A DNA stretch of 64,000 nucleotides from Pseudomonadota bacterium. GTDB taxonomy: Bacteria > Pseudomonadota > Alphaproteobacteria > Rhodobacterales > Rhodobacteraceae. The DNA lies in NCBI GenBank assembly GCA_038521825.1, contig JBCBKL010000011.1:13716-77715 (forward strand), in the 5' to 3' direction. The position numbers and the translations under genes are program-made. Of the stretch, positions 37,757 through 46,814 are shown one piece after another (the stretch's first letter is position 1; each line of letters opens with the position of its first letter). The notes beneath the pieces were generated by a model that saw only the letters and a list, made by a program, of their open reading frames with translations, was not told the origin of the DNA and did not search any database.

Positions 37757-38176
37757 ATGATCCGGTACATGTTGAAATGTGAGGCCGAGCACAGCTTTGA
37801 AAGCTGGTTCCAGTCAGCATCGGCCTATGAAGCTCTCAAGGCGGCGGGTCATGTTACCTGCGCGGTCTGCGGTTCGACATCGGTCGAAAAGGCCATCATG
37901 GCACCGCGTGTGACGGCTGCCCGTGACAAGGCCCGCCCGCTCAGCAAACCGCAAAACAAAACCGAGGCGCAGCTTGCGGCCATGCGCAAACAGGTCGAGG
38001 AGAACGCGACCTACGTGGGTGGTTCCTTCGCCAAGGAGGCAAGGGCCATGTATGAAGACGGCGTGCCCGAACGCTCGATCTGGGGCGAGGCCAAACCGGA
38101 AGAGGCGAAAGCGCTGATCGAAGACGGTATTCCGGTCGCACCGCTGCCCTTCATACCAAACCGCAAGGCGAACTGA
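37757..38176 (+). CDS. DUF1178 family protein
   Basis: MIRYMLKCEAEHSFESWFQSASAYE...CAVCGS, a characteristic DUF1178 N-terminus. Confidence 0.8.
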   Translation: MIRYMLKCEAEHSFESWFQSASAYEALKAAGHVTCAVCGSTSVEKAIMAPRVTAARDKARPLSKPQNKTEAQLAAMRKQVEENATYVGGSFAKEARAMYEDGVPERSIWGEAKPEEAKALIEDGIPVAPLPFIPNRKAN

Positions 38177-38181
38177 TCCCC

Positions 38182-38826
38182 ATGCAAGTCGTGATCAGCG
38201 GGGCCAATCGTGGCATCGGTGCCGCCTTGGCCGAACGCTATGCGGCGGCGGGCGATGTGGTGGTGGGGACATCACGCGACGGATCGACCGGCCAAATTCT
38301 CGACGTGACGAACCCGGATGATCATAAGGCGCTGGCCGCCAGCCTCGATAAGGCGCCCGTCGATCTGCTGATCTGCAATGCTGGTGTCTATCTCGACAAG
38401 GGTCATACCCTCGAAACCGGCTACCCGCCCGGGATGTGGGCCCAGACTTTTGCAGCAAACGTGACTGGTGTTTTTCTGGCTGTTCAGGCGCTGTTGCCTA
38501 ACCTGCGTGCGGCAGACAGGGCCAAGATCGCCATTATCTCATCCCAGATGGCGTCGCATGAACGGGCTCCCGGTGGCAGCTATATCTACCGCTCGTCCAA
38601 GGCCGCCGCGCTGAACCTTGGCCGAAACCTTGCATCCGATCTGCGTGAGGACGGGATTGCCGTTGGCATTTACCATCCCGGCTGGGTGCGCACGGATATG
38701 GGCGGATCGAGCGCCGAGATTTTGGTCGGCGATGCAGCCGACGGCCTGGTGGAGCGTTTCGATCGCCTCAGTATCGCCACCACGGGTTGCTTTGAAACCT
38801 GGGACGGGCGGACCCATCCCTATTGA
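38182..38826 (+). CDS. SDR family oxidoreductase
   Basis: MQVVISGANRGIGAAL (TGxxxGIG-type motif) and the YRSSKAA catalytic motif. Confidence 0.85.
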   Translation: MQVVISGANRGIGAALAERYAAAGDVVVGTSRDGSTGQILDVTNPDDHKALAASLDKAPVDLLICNAGVYLDKGHTLETGYPPGMWAQTFAANVTGVFLAVQALLPNLRAADRAKIAIISSQMASHERAPGGSYIYRSSKAAALNLGRNLASDLREDGIAVGIYHPGWVRTDMGGSSAEILVGDAADGLVERFDRLSIATTGCFETWDGRTHPY

Positions 38827-38926
38827 TCGCCCGCAGGGGCCCCTAATCCGCTCTTAACAGTCCGCACCGCTTGCGCATGACGCCGTGCCCGCGTAAGACC
38901 CGCCGGAATTTTCGCGTGGGGTCCTG

Positions 38927-40165
38927 ATGCCTGTTTTGGTGATGAAATTCGGAGGCACGTCCGTCGCCACCCTCGATCGCATTCGGCGTGCGGCGAAACG
39001 TGTCGGCGTCGAGGTGGCCAATGGCTATGATGTCATCGTCATCGTGAGCGCGATGTCCGGCACGACGAACGAACTGGTCAGCTGGGTCAACGAAACGTCT
39101 CCCCTGTTTGATGCCCGCGAATACGATGCGGTCGTGTCGTCGGGCGAAAACGTGACGGCGGGCCTGATGGCCCTCACGTTGCAGGAAATGGATGTGCCCG
39201 CCCGGTCGTGGCAGGGCTGGCAGGTGCCGCTCAAAACCACCAGTGCGCACAGCGCCGCGCGGATCGAAGAGATCCCGACGGAGAACATCAATGCCAAGTT
39301 CGGCGAGGGGATGCGGGTTGCGGTTGTGGCGGGTTTCCAGGGCATCAGCCCCGAAGGTCGCATTACCACCCTTGGCCGGGGCGGCAGCGACACCACAGCG
39401 GTGGCCTTTGCCGCCGCCTTTGGTGCAGAGCGGTGTGACATCTATACGGATGTCGATGGCGTCTATACGACCGACCCTCGCGTCAGCGACAAGGCCCGCA
39501 AGCTCGACAAGATCGCCTTCGAAGAGATGCTGGAACTCGCCAGCCTCGGCGCCAAAGTGCTGCAAACCCGTTCAGTCGAGCTGGCGATGCGCTACAATGT
39601 ACGCCTGCGAGTTTTGTCGAGCTTCGGGCAACAATCGGACAATGCGGGCACGCTGGTTTGTGCCGAGGAGGATATCGTGGAAAGCAATGTCGTGGCCGGT
39701 GTGGCCTATAGCCGGGACGAAGCCAAGATGACCCTTGTATCGGTCGCGGACCGACCCGGAATCGCCGCGGCGATCTTTGGCCCGCTCGCCGATGCCGGTG
39801 TCAATGTCGACATGATCGTCCAGAACATCGCCGAGGAAGGTCGGACCGATATGACCTTTTCCTGCCCGGTCGATCAGGTGGCCCGCGCCGAAAAGGCGAT
39901 GACCGAGGCGAAGGAACGGGGCGAGATCAACTTTCACGATCTGGTGGCCGATACGGATGTGGCCAAGGTGTCGATCGTGGGGATCGGCATGCGCAGCCAC
40001 GCAGGTGTCGCATCGAAGATGTTCGCCACGCTGCGGGACGAGGGCATCAACATCAAGGTCATTACCACGTCCGAGATCAAGGTCAGCGTCCTGATCGACC
40101 GCAAGTATATGGAGCTTGCCGTTCAGGCTTTGCACGACGCGTTCGGTTTGGACAATGCGGCCTGA
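38927..40165 (+). CDS. lysC: Aspartate kinase
   Basis: MPVLVMKFGGTSVATLDRIRRAA.., kinase domain plus two ACT domains, 412 aa. Confidence 0.92.
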   Translation: MPVLVMKFGGTSVATLDRIRRAAKRVGVEVANGYDVIVIVSAMSGTTNELVSWVNETSPLFDAREYDAVVSSGENVTAGLMALTLQEMDVPARSWQGWQVPLKTTSAHSAARIEEIPTENINAKFGEGMRVAVVAGFQGISPEGRITTLGRGGSDTTAVAFAAAFGAERCDIYTDVDGVYTTDPRVSDKARKLDKIAFEEMLELASLGAKVLQTRSVELAMRYNVRLRVLSSFGQQSDNAGTLVCAEEDIVESNVVAGVAYSRDEAKMTLVSVADRPGIAAAIFGPLADAGVNVDMIVQNIAEEGRTDMTFSCPVDQVARAEKAMTEAKERGEINFHDLVADTDVAKVSIVGIGMRSHAGVASKMFATLRDEGINIKVITTSEIKVSVLIDRKYMELAVQALHDAFGLDNAA

Positions 40166-40219
40166 AAGACGCCTGCTTGTCGGCAGAAAAGGCCATGCGG
40201 GCGGTTGTGGCCCTAAGAG

Positions 40220-40636
40220 TTAGCGCACCACGTGTACAGATATGGGGGCGTGGGACGCCACATAGCCCGCATTGGACGACAAAAAGTGATCTTTTATACC
40301 CGGTACATGGCTTGCCATGATGATCAGGTCGCAGTCGGCTTCCTTGGCGGCTTTTATGATGTCGGCGCCCACGTTCAGGCTAAAGTCGCTGCGCAACGCA
40401 ATTTGATCCATGATCTCAATGCCATGCGCCTTAGCCTGCCCAGCGGCAAATAATCTCAGACGATCTGCCATGCGTTCACCTTCCGTGATCGGTGAAGTTG
40501 TGGGTACAGCATCAACCACATCGACATAGATCACCTTGGCGTCGTTTTCCTTCGCCGTCCGAGCTGCGACTGACAGCGCTTTGCCAAGCTTGTCTGCATG
40601 CTCCAGATCGACTGGGACGAGGATTTTTGAGTACAT
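40220..40636 (-). CDS. Universal stress protein
   Basis: 138 aa, MYSKILVPVDLEH... and ..DLIIMASH..., UspA pattern. Confidence 0.85.
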   Translation of the reverse strand: MYSKILVPVDLEHADKLGKALSVAARTAKENDAKVIYVDVVDAVPTTSPITEGERMADRLRLFAAGQAKAHGIEIMDQIALRSDFSLNVGADIIKAAKEADCDLIIMASHVPGIKDHFLSSNAGYVASHAPISVHVVR

Positions 40637-40687
40637 CGGCTTCCTCCCTCTGCGATCTAAAGACTAAGGCCCGCTTCGACGAAATCA

Positions 40688-40701
40688 TTGATATCGATCA
40701 A
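40688..40701. promoter_or_regulatory. Perfect Crp/Fnr-type box TTGAT-atcg-ATCAA upstream of the USP gene
   Basis: Read directly. Matches the FNR consensus TTGAT-N4-ATCAA at 10/10 positions. Its centre lies 58 nt upstream of the USP ATG (40636). Confidence 0.6.
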
Positions 40702-40898
40702 GGGCCGCTTGGCCATGAACACCGGAACCGCCGCGTTTGACAGCTTTTGTCCTTTCGGGCGCTCAACTATACCGGCAGCAGTTGTAGAAATTCCCGTATT
40801 ACGAGTATTTTGTGTTGATCCCGCGTGGAAACCCCGTTTTCAATGTGAGTCCGCTATGATCTAAGCTGTCAACCGGACGGTCAGGGAGAATTGGGCTC

Positions 40899-43139
40899 AT
40901 GCCCGAGCAGACAGAGACTGAGAGCCGCAGGCTGCTGGGGCGCTTGCGCGACGCCATGGCGTCCGATGCTCCCGGGCAGGCGCGGCTTGATAAGATTACT
41001 CATCTGATTGCGGACAGCATCGGCAGCGATGTCTGTTCGGTCTATCTGTTTCGCGATGCCGAGACGCTGGAACTGTGCGCCACCGAAGGTCTGAATCCGG
41101 ATGCCGTGCACAAGACACGCATGCGTCTGGGCGAAGGCCTGGTCGGCCGCGTGGCGCGCCGCCGTCGCGTGGTTAATACGGCCAATGCTCCGCAGGCCAA
41201 GGGGTTCCGCTTCATGCCGGAAACGGGGGAAGAGGTCTTTCCCAGCTTTCTTGGCATTCCGATCCAACGCCTTGGCGACGTGTTGGGCGTACTCGTCGTT
41301 CAATCCAAGGCAGCGCGCGAATTCTCGTCCGATGCGGTCTATGCGCTTGAGGTCGTGGCTATGGTCTTGGCTGAGATGACCGAACTTGGTGCCTTCGTCG
41401 GTGAGGGCGCCGCCCTGACCCCCCTGCATTCTCAACCGGAGCTGATACGCGGCACGGTCGGACAGGAGGGGCTTTGCGAGGGCCATATCTGGCTGCACGA
41501 ACCGCGGGTCGTCGTTACCAACCCGATCGCTGATGACCCGAACCAGGAATTGGAAAGACTAAAATGCGCCGTCGAAGAGCTGCGCGTGGGCGTCGACAAG
41601 ATGCTGTCGATTGCAGGCGGGGATGCCGAACACCTGCAGGTGCTCGAAGCATACAGGATGTTCGCCAATTCCCGAAGCTGGATGCGCCGGATGGAAGAGG
41701 ACATCAGCCGGGGCTTGTCCGCCGAGGCGGCGGTCGAAAAAGAACAATCGCTTGCCCACTCACGCATGGAACAGGCAACCGACAATTACCTGCGTGAACG
41801 GCTCAGCGACCTTGATGACCTGTCGAACCGGCTGCTGCGCATCCTGACGGGGCAGGGCGCGGATACCGGGGCCGAGATGCCGTCTGATCCGGTTCTGGTC
41901 GCACGCAACATCGGGCCGGGTGAGTTGTTGGATTATGGCCGCAGTCTCAAGGGGATCATCCTCGAAGCGGGGTCAGTCGGCAGTCACGCAGCGATCGTGG
42001 CGCGCGCGCTTGCGATCCCGCTGATCGTTCATGCCGAACGCATCACGACCGAGGCGCTGAACGGCGATCATGTCATGGTCGATGGCGAGCAGGGCATCGC
42101 GCACTTGCGCCCCGACGACACGGTTGTGGCGGCCTTTCGCGACAAGATGGCGATGGAGGCGGCTGCACTCGAACGTTATACTTCGATCCGCGACAAACCA
42201 GCTGAAACACGGTGCGGCGCTGTCATATCACTGCACATGAATGCCGGGTTGATGGCGGATCTGCCCTCTCTTGAAAGCTCTGGCGCCGAGGGTGTTGGGC
42301 TATTCCGGACCGAGCTGCAGTTTCTTGTCCGCAACCAGATGCCAAAGCGGACCGAACTGGCCCAGCTCTATTCCCGTGTCCTCGACGCGGCAGGGGGCAA
42401 ACGGGTCGTCTTTCGCACCCTCGACATCGGGTCCGACAAGGTTCTGCCCTATATGAAACCGAACGACGAGCCGAACCCTGCCTTGGGTTGGCGTGCCATT
42501 CGCGTGGGTTTGGACAAGCCGGGCGTGATGCGGATGCAGCTTCAGGCCCTGATCCGGGCGGCGAACGGACGCCCCCTGACCATCATGTTCCCGTTCGTGG
42601 CGCAGTACGAGGAATACACCCGCGCCCGGGCCGAGGTGGACAAAGCGATTGAGCGGGAAACGCGGCTGGGTCATGTTTTGCCGGAAACACTTGAGGTTGG
42701 CGCGATGCTCGAAACACCGTCGCTGGCTTTTGCGCCCAAGAAATTCTTCGAAGAGGTTGGGTTTCTCTCGATCGGGGGCAACGACCTCAAGCAGTTCTTC
42801 TTCGCGGCCGACCGTGAAAATGAACGGGTGCGCCGCCGCTACGACACGCTGAACGTGAGCTTTCTCAGCTTCATCGAGCGGATTGTCGAGCGTTGCAACG
42901 AAACGGGCACGTCGCTTAGCTTCTGCGGCGAGGATGCCGGGCGGCCGGTCGAGGCGCTGTGCTTTGCCGCCATCGGGATGCGAACACTCTCGATGCGCCC
43001 GGCCTCGATCGGACCGGTCAAAAGCCTCTTGCGCCGCTCGAACCTCGAAGAGGTCCGCAAGGTGATTGCCGATGCCCGTCATCGTGGCGAGATGTGCGTC
43101 AGACGGTCAGTGATGGACTATCTCAGTCAGAACAAGTGA
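40899..43139 (+). CDS. ptsP: Phosphoenolpyruvate-protein phosphotransferase, nitrogen-PTS enzyme I with N-terminal GAF domain
   Basis: 746 aa. GAF N-domain, PEP-utilising enzyme domains (GSVGSHAAIVARALAIP), TIM-barrel C-domain. Conserved aspartate kinase-ptsP neighbourhood. Confidence 0.9.
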   Translation: MPEQTETESRRLLGRLRDAMASDAPGQARLDKITHLIADSIGSDVCSVYLFRDAETLELCATEGLNPDAVHKTRMRLGEGLVGRVARRRRVVNTANAPQAKGFRFMPETGEEVFPSFLGIPIQRLGDVLGVLVVQSKAAREFSSDAVYALEVVAMVLAEMTELGAFVGEGAALTPLHSQPELIRGTVGQEGLCEGHIWLHEPRVVVTNPIADDPNQELERLKCAVEELRVGVDKMLSIAGGDAEHLQVLEAYRMFANSRSWMRRMEEDISRGLSAEAAVEKEQSLAHSRMEQATDNYLRERLSDLDDLSNRLLRILTGQGADTGAEMPSDPVLVARNIGPGELLDYGRSLKGIILEAGSVGSHAAIVARALAIPLIVHAERITTEALNGDHVMVDGEQGIAHLRPDDTVVAAFRDKMAMEAAALERYTSIRDKPAETRCGAVISLHMNAGLMADLPSLESSGAEGVGLFRTELQFLVRNQMPKRTELAQLYSRVLDAAGGKRVVFRTLDIGSDKVLPYMKPNDEPNPALGWRAIRVGLDKPGVMRMQLQALIRAANGRPLTIMFPFVAQYEEYTRARAEVDKAIERETRLGHVLPETLEVGAMLETPSLAFAPKKFFEEVGFLSIGGNDLKQFFFAADRENERVRRRYDTLNVSFLSFIERIVERCNETGTSLSFCGEDAGRPVEALCFAAIGMRTLSMRPASIGPVKSLLRRSNLEEVRKVIADARHRGEMCVRRSVMDYLSQNK

Positions 43140-43157
43140 CCCCCGAAAACCGGGGTC
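43138..43157 (+). terminator. Short stem-loop overlapping the ptsP stop codon
   Basis: GACCCC (43138-43143) pairs with GGGGTC (43152-43157) and is followed by an A-rich then TTT stretch. A weak intrinsic terminator candidate. Confidence 0.3.
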
Positions 43158-43269
43158 GGCAAAAAAATTTCAAACGAAGTGAATAAAGGCGTTCGGTGGG
43201 GCGTTTACCGGTCAGCACACCGCAAGAAAGCGGGGTGAACGCAACTCAAACCGATGAAAGAACGAACTC

Positions 43270-43812
43270 ATGCGTTTTCCAAAATTTCTGATCTCCGCCG
43301 CAATCTTCGCCGCACTCACAGGCCCTGCCTTTGCTGCGGGCAGCGATGACAGCAAGCCACCACGCACAACCAAGACCACGCTCAAATGCGAACGTGGCCA
43401 GATCTATGACCGTAAGACCAAGTCCTGCCTCGATGCGAAATCCGAGGCGTTTTCGGACGAAGAACGGTACGACGCCGTTCGCGAGTTGGCTTATGCCAAT
43501 CAGTTCGACCGTGCGCAGATGGTCATCGCGGCTGCCGACATGCCGCAGGATCCGCGGTTCCTGAACTACATGGGCTTTATCAATCGCAAGCAGGGCAACA
43601 TGGGTGCCGCGATGGAATACTATCAGGCAGCGCTGTCCATTGACCCCGACTATATCCTTGCGCGGTCATATATGGGCCAGGGTCTGCTCAGCCAGGGTGA
43701 CAAGATCGGCGCCACGACCCAGCTGCGCGAGATCGCGGCGCGCGGCGGGCGCGAAACATGGGCCTATGCAGCGCTCGAACAGGCACTTTACACGGGCAGC
43801 CACACCTATTGA
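43270..43812 (+). CDS. Secreted TPR-repeat protein
   Basis: Signal peptide MRFPKFLISAAIFAALTGPAFA. TPR-like NYMGFINRKQGNMGAAMEYYQAALSIDPDY. Confidence 0.65.
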   Translation: MRFPKFLISAAIFAALTGPAFAAGSDDSKPPRTTKTTLKCERGQIYDRKTKSCLDAKSEAFSDEERYDAVRELAYANQFDRAQMVIAAADMPQDPRFLNYMGFINRKQGNMGAAMEYYQAALSIDPDYILARSYMGQGLLSQGDKIGATTQLREIAARGGRETWAYAALEQALYTGSHTY

Positions 43813-43913
43813 GCAACGTCCGGCACGCCCACAAGTATCGCGGTTGCGATTCAGTCTCCGATCCGGTTCACTGGGAACTGGATCGGGGAGCGAGCCCCAC
43901 AAACTTTTTGGCG

Positions 43914-44444
43914 GTGCATGTGAGCTTGGCAGTCCGGCATACAGACGCGCAAAACAGGTTCCGCACCGATCTGGTCGCGTGCTTACCGCGTCTTCACCGG
44001 TTTGGCCTGACATTGACGCGGAATCGGTCCGACGCAGACGATCTTGTTCAGACGGTTTGCGAAAAGGCCATACAGAACGCGGATAGCTGGCAGGTCGGCA
44101 CCAGGCTCGACAGTTGGCTCTTCACGATGATGCGCAACACGTGGATATCGGAATTGCGCAAACGTTCTGTCCGGGTCGGGGCCGGGCAGGAGGATGCGGG
44201 CGAAAGCGATGCGCTGAACACGCCCGTCACCCCCGAGGATGAGGCCTATGGAAAGCAGCTCCTGGGTTTGATCCATGGCCTTCCTGAAGGCTTGTCTTCG
44301 GTTCTGCTGCTGGTGAGTGTTGAAGGGTATTCGTACCAGGACGCGGCGGACATACTGGATATCCCGATTGGGACGGTTATGTCGCGCATGTCTAACGCGC
44401 GTAAACGGTTGAGGGCCGCGTTGGCGGCAACGGGAACACAATGA
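43914..44444 (+). CDS. ECF-type RNA polymerase sigma factor
   Basis: Track ORF is 43758-44444 and overlaps the TPR gene. I prefer GTG 43914 (or 43920). Region 2 DADDLVQTVCEKA and region 4 YQDAADILDIPIGTVMSRMSNARKRL. Confidence 0.78.
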   Translation: MHVSLAVRHTDAQNRFRTDLVACLPRLHRFGLTLTRNRSDADDLVQTVCEKAIQNADSWQVGTRLDSWLFTMMRNTWISELRKRSVRVGAGQEDAGESDALNTPVTPEDEAYGKQLLGLIHGLPEGLSSVLLLVSVEGYSYQDAADILDIPIGTVMSRMSNARKRLRAALAATGTQ

Positions 44445-45232
44445 CGACGAACGGAGTCATATCAGAGGCCTTGCTGGACCGGCTGAGCGCTTATGTGGAT
44501 GGCGAATTGCCACCCGGCGAAATGGCCGAGATCGAGGCGCTGGCTGCAGAGGATGCGGGCGTGCGGGCCGAGATTGCGGCATTGCGGGCGCTCGACATCG
44601 ATATCGCGGCAGCGTTCGAAGCCGATCTGGCCGATCCACCCGCCATTGAATTGCCCGAGATGGCCATGCCAGCGCAGGCAGCCAACGAAAACGCACCGCC
44701 GGCATCGTGGTGGCGGTCAATCGCTGCAGCGCTCGCATTCCTTGCCATCGGGGCCGGGGCTGGGGGGCTGGGCGTCTGGACCATGCGGCCCGAAGCGCCG
44801 GTGCAGATGGCGCGGGGTTGGCTGGACAATGTGGCCGACTATCACCGGGTCTATGCGGCCCAGGGGCGCCATTTGGTCGAGGTTGCGGCCGATGAGCGGG
44901 ACCATATCGAGACATGGCTGGCCGCAACGACAGGTGTCGAATTTACCACGCCTGACCTTGCGTCCTTCGGGTTTGAGTACCGGGGTGCGCGTTTGCTGGT
45001 CGCGGCGGGCAGACCGGTGATCCAGCTGATCTATACGAATGAGGCCGGTGCGGTTGTGGCCATCTGCGCAATCGATCGGGGCGGCGACGGTGCCGTCAAT
45101 CCGATTTCGCCCCGTGATTTCGGCGATATCACGATGGCGACGTGGTCCACACCTGATGCGGCCTATGTGGTTGTGGGACCTGAAAACGTGGATCTGACAC
45201 CTATAGCTGAACAGGTCAGCACCGAGATCTGA
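44441..45232 (+). CDS. Anti-sigma factor, single-pass membrane protein
   Basis: ATGA overlap with the sigma gene. LSAYVDGELPPGEMAEIE anti-sigma N-domain. TM helix WWRSIAAALAFLAIGAGAGGLGVW. Confidence 0.7.
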   Translation: MTTNGVISEALLDRLSAYVDGELPPGEMAEIEALAAEDAGVRAEIAALRALDIDIAAAFEADLADPPAIELPEMAMPAQAANENAPPASWWRSIAAALAFLAIGAGAGGLGVWTMRPEAPVQMARGWLDNVADYHRVYAAQGRHLVEVAADERDHIETWLAATTGVEFTTPDLASFGFEYRGARLLVAAGRPVIQLIYTNEAGAVVAICAIDRGGDGAVNPISPRDFGDITMATWSTPDAAYVVVGPENVDLTPIAEQVSTEI

Positions 45233-45299
45233 TCGGGGCTTGGGCATAACGTGGTTAGAAACGGTCCCAACTGGACCTTCAACTCAAGTTCACGCTGCT

Positions 45300-45364
45300 G
45301 CAGGCGCGCAATGTGATGGCAGCTGAAATCACAGATCGCGGACGAAGCGACCTTGCGCGCCTGC
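45300..45364. repeat. Nested inverted repeats in a 370-bp convergent intergenic region
   Basis: GCAGGCGCGCAA (45300-45311) pairs with TTGCGCGCCTGC (45353-45364), a perfect 12 bp. These enclose TGTGAT (45312-45317) pairing with ATCACA (45328-45333). Confidence 0.4.
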
Positions 45365-45603
45365 GGCTATTTCTGGTGCTGCATTTGCTCGCATATGCAG
45401 CATCAAGGTCTCAGCTGTGCGGCGGATGTCGCTAGATCGGTAAGTCACTGGATTAGAATTTATCCAACCAGAAACGTGCTTGCCTCGCAGCCGAATGAAA
45501 CAATCCAGACGCGAACAAAAAAGGCTTTCGCTTTATCTGCGCCAATGTCCACTTTCTGTGAGCTGACGATTTTCTGTTTGCGTTATCGGGTTTTCACTAC
45601 GAC

Positions 45604-46812
45604 CTAAAGGCTGACAAAGAACTGGATGATAACCGCGTTAGCCAAGTCCACAAAGAACGCAGACACCAGCGGCAGCACAATGAAGGCCAGCGGTGCCGGA
45701 CCGTAGCGTTTGGTCACTGATGACATATTGGCAATGGCCGTGGGTGTCGCACCTAGTGTGAATCCGGCAAAACCCGCGCTAAGCACAGCGCCCTGATAGT
45801 TGCTGCCCATCAATCGGAAGAAGACCAGCAGGATGAATGCCACCGTCATCAGAACCTGAAGCACCAGCACGGCCAGGATTGGCCCTCCCAGTTCTGCAAG
45901 CGTCCAGAGCTGGAGACTCATCAGTGACATCGCCAGAAAAACCGACAGGCAATAGTCAGAAATGACCGCGAGCGCCTTGGTGCGCGCAGGCCACGTGATC
46001 CGGGGAAAGAGAAACGGGATCGTGTTGGACATCACGATGCCAATGAGCAGGCAGGGTACGAAAAGCGGCAGTTTCACCCCCGCCTCGGTGATGCCACGAT
46101 GCGCAAAGTAGCCAATCAGGATCGCCAGGTGGACCGCCAGCATGCCGCGCATGAGGCTCACATGATTGATCAGGTCGTCCGGGTTTTCCTGATCGTCAAA
46201 TTCCAAGCCGACGATTGGTTCCTCCGTTTGATCACTTTGCAGCTTGTTGCGGTCGATCAGACGCTTTGCGATGGGCCCACCAAGTAAGGCGGCCAGGATC
46301 AGGCCCAGCGTTGCGGCTGCAACGCCCATCTCGGGGGCAGCGCCGAAGCCAGTAAGCTCTTCGATCTGAGGCCCCCAAGCGATGGCGGTGCCGTGTCCAC
46401 CAATCAACGACGCTGACCCGACCAATACAGATGCCGCAGTGGGTAAACCAAAAACTGTCACACCGACCAACCCGACGACGTTTTGCAACACCATGAAGGC
46501 CAGGGTCAGCGCCAACAGCAACAGGAGCAGGCGCCCGCCCTTGAAAAGATCCGAGATTTGCGCGTTCAGGCCAATCGTGGCGAAGAAGGCGACGAGCAAA
46601 TAGTCCCGCACCTCGAGGTCAAAAGCGATCTGCTGCCCCGTGAGCGCAAAGAAGGCCCATGTCAGCAGGGCGACCGCCAGACCGCCCGACACAGGTTCCG
46701 GGATGTTGTAATCCCCCAGAACAGCCACACGCCGCGTCAGAAACGCGCCGAGGAAGAACACCACAAACCCAAGCGTGACCGAGATGAAGGCTGGGATGAT
46801 GATCTCTGGCAT
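45604..46812 (-). CDS. gltS: Sodium/glutamate symporter
   Basis: Track ORF is 45604-46953. ATG 46812 gives MPEIIIPAFISVTLGFVVFFLGAFLTRRVAVLGDYNIPEPVSGGL, a typical GltS N-terminus. About 402 aa, polytopic. Confidence 0.85.
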   Translation of the reverse strand: MPEIIIPAFISVTLGFVVFFLGAFLTRRVAVLGDYNIPEPVSGGLAVALLTWAFFALTGQQIAFDLEVRDYLLVAFFATIGLNAQISDLFKGGRLLLLLLALTLAFMVLQNVVGLVGVTVFGLPTAASVLVGSASLIGGHGTAIAWGPQIEELTGFGAAPEMGVAAATLGLILAALLGGPIAKRLIDRNKLQSDQTEEPIVGLEFDDQENPDDLINHVSLMRGMLAVHLAILIGYFAHRGITEAGVKLPLFVPCLLIGIVMSNTIPFLFPRITWPARTKALAVISDYCLSVFLAMSLMSLQLWTLAELGGPILAVLVLQVLMTVAFILLVFFRLMGSNYQGAVLSAGFAGFTLGATPTAIANMSSVTKRYGPAPLAFIVLPLVSAFFVDLANAVIIQFFVSL

Positions 46813-46814
46813 CG

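Noticed and set aside
43758-43913. N-terminal extension of the ECF sigma ORF overlapping the TPR gene
   Set aside because: The extension overlaps the 3-prime end of the TPR gene in another frame and adds no sigma-factor motif. An in-frame GTG at 43914 or 43920 gives a normal-length ECF sigma.
45353-45607. 84-aa plus-strand ORF in the anti-sigma/gltS spacer
   Set aside because: Cys-rich and odd composition, AT-rich third positions, no SD. It overlaps the gltS stop region. Probably non-coding.
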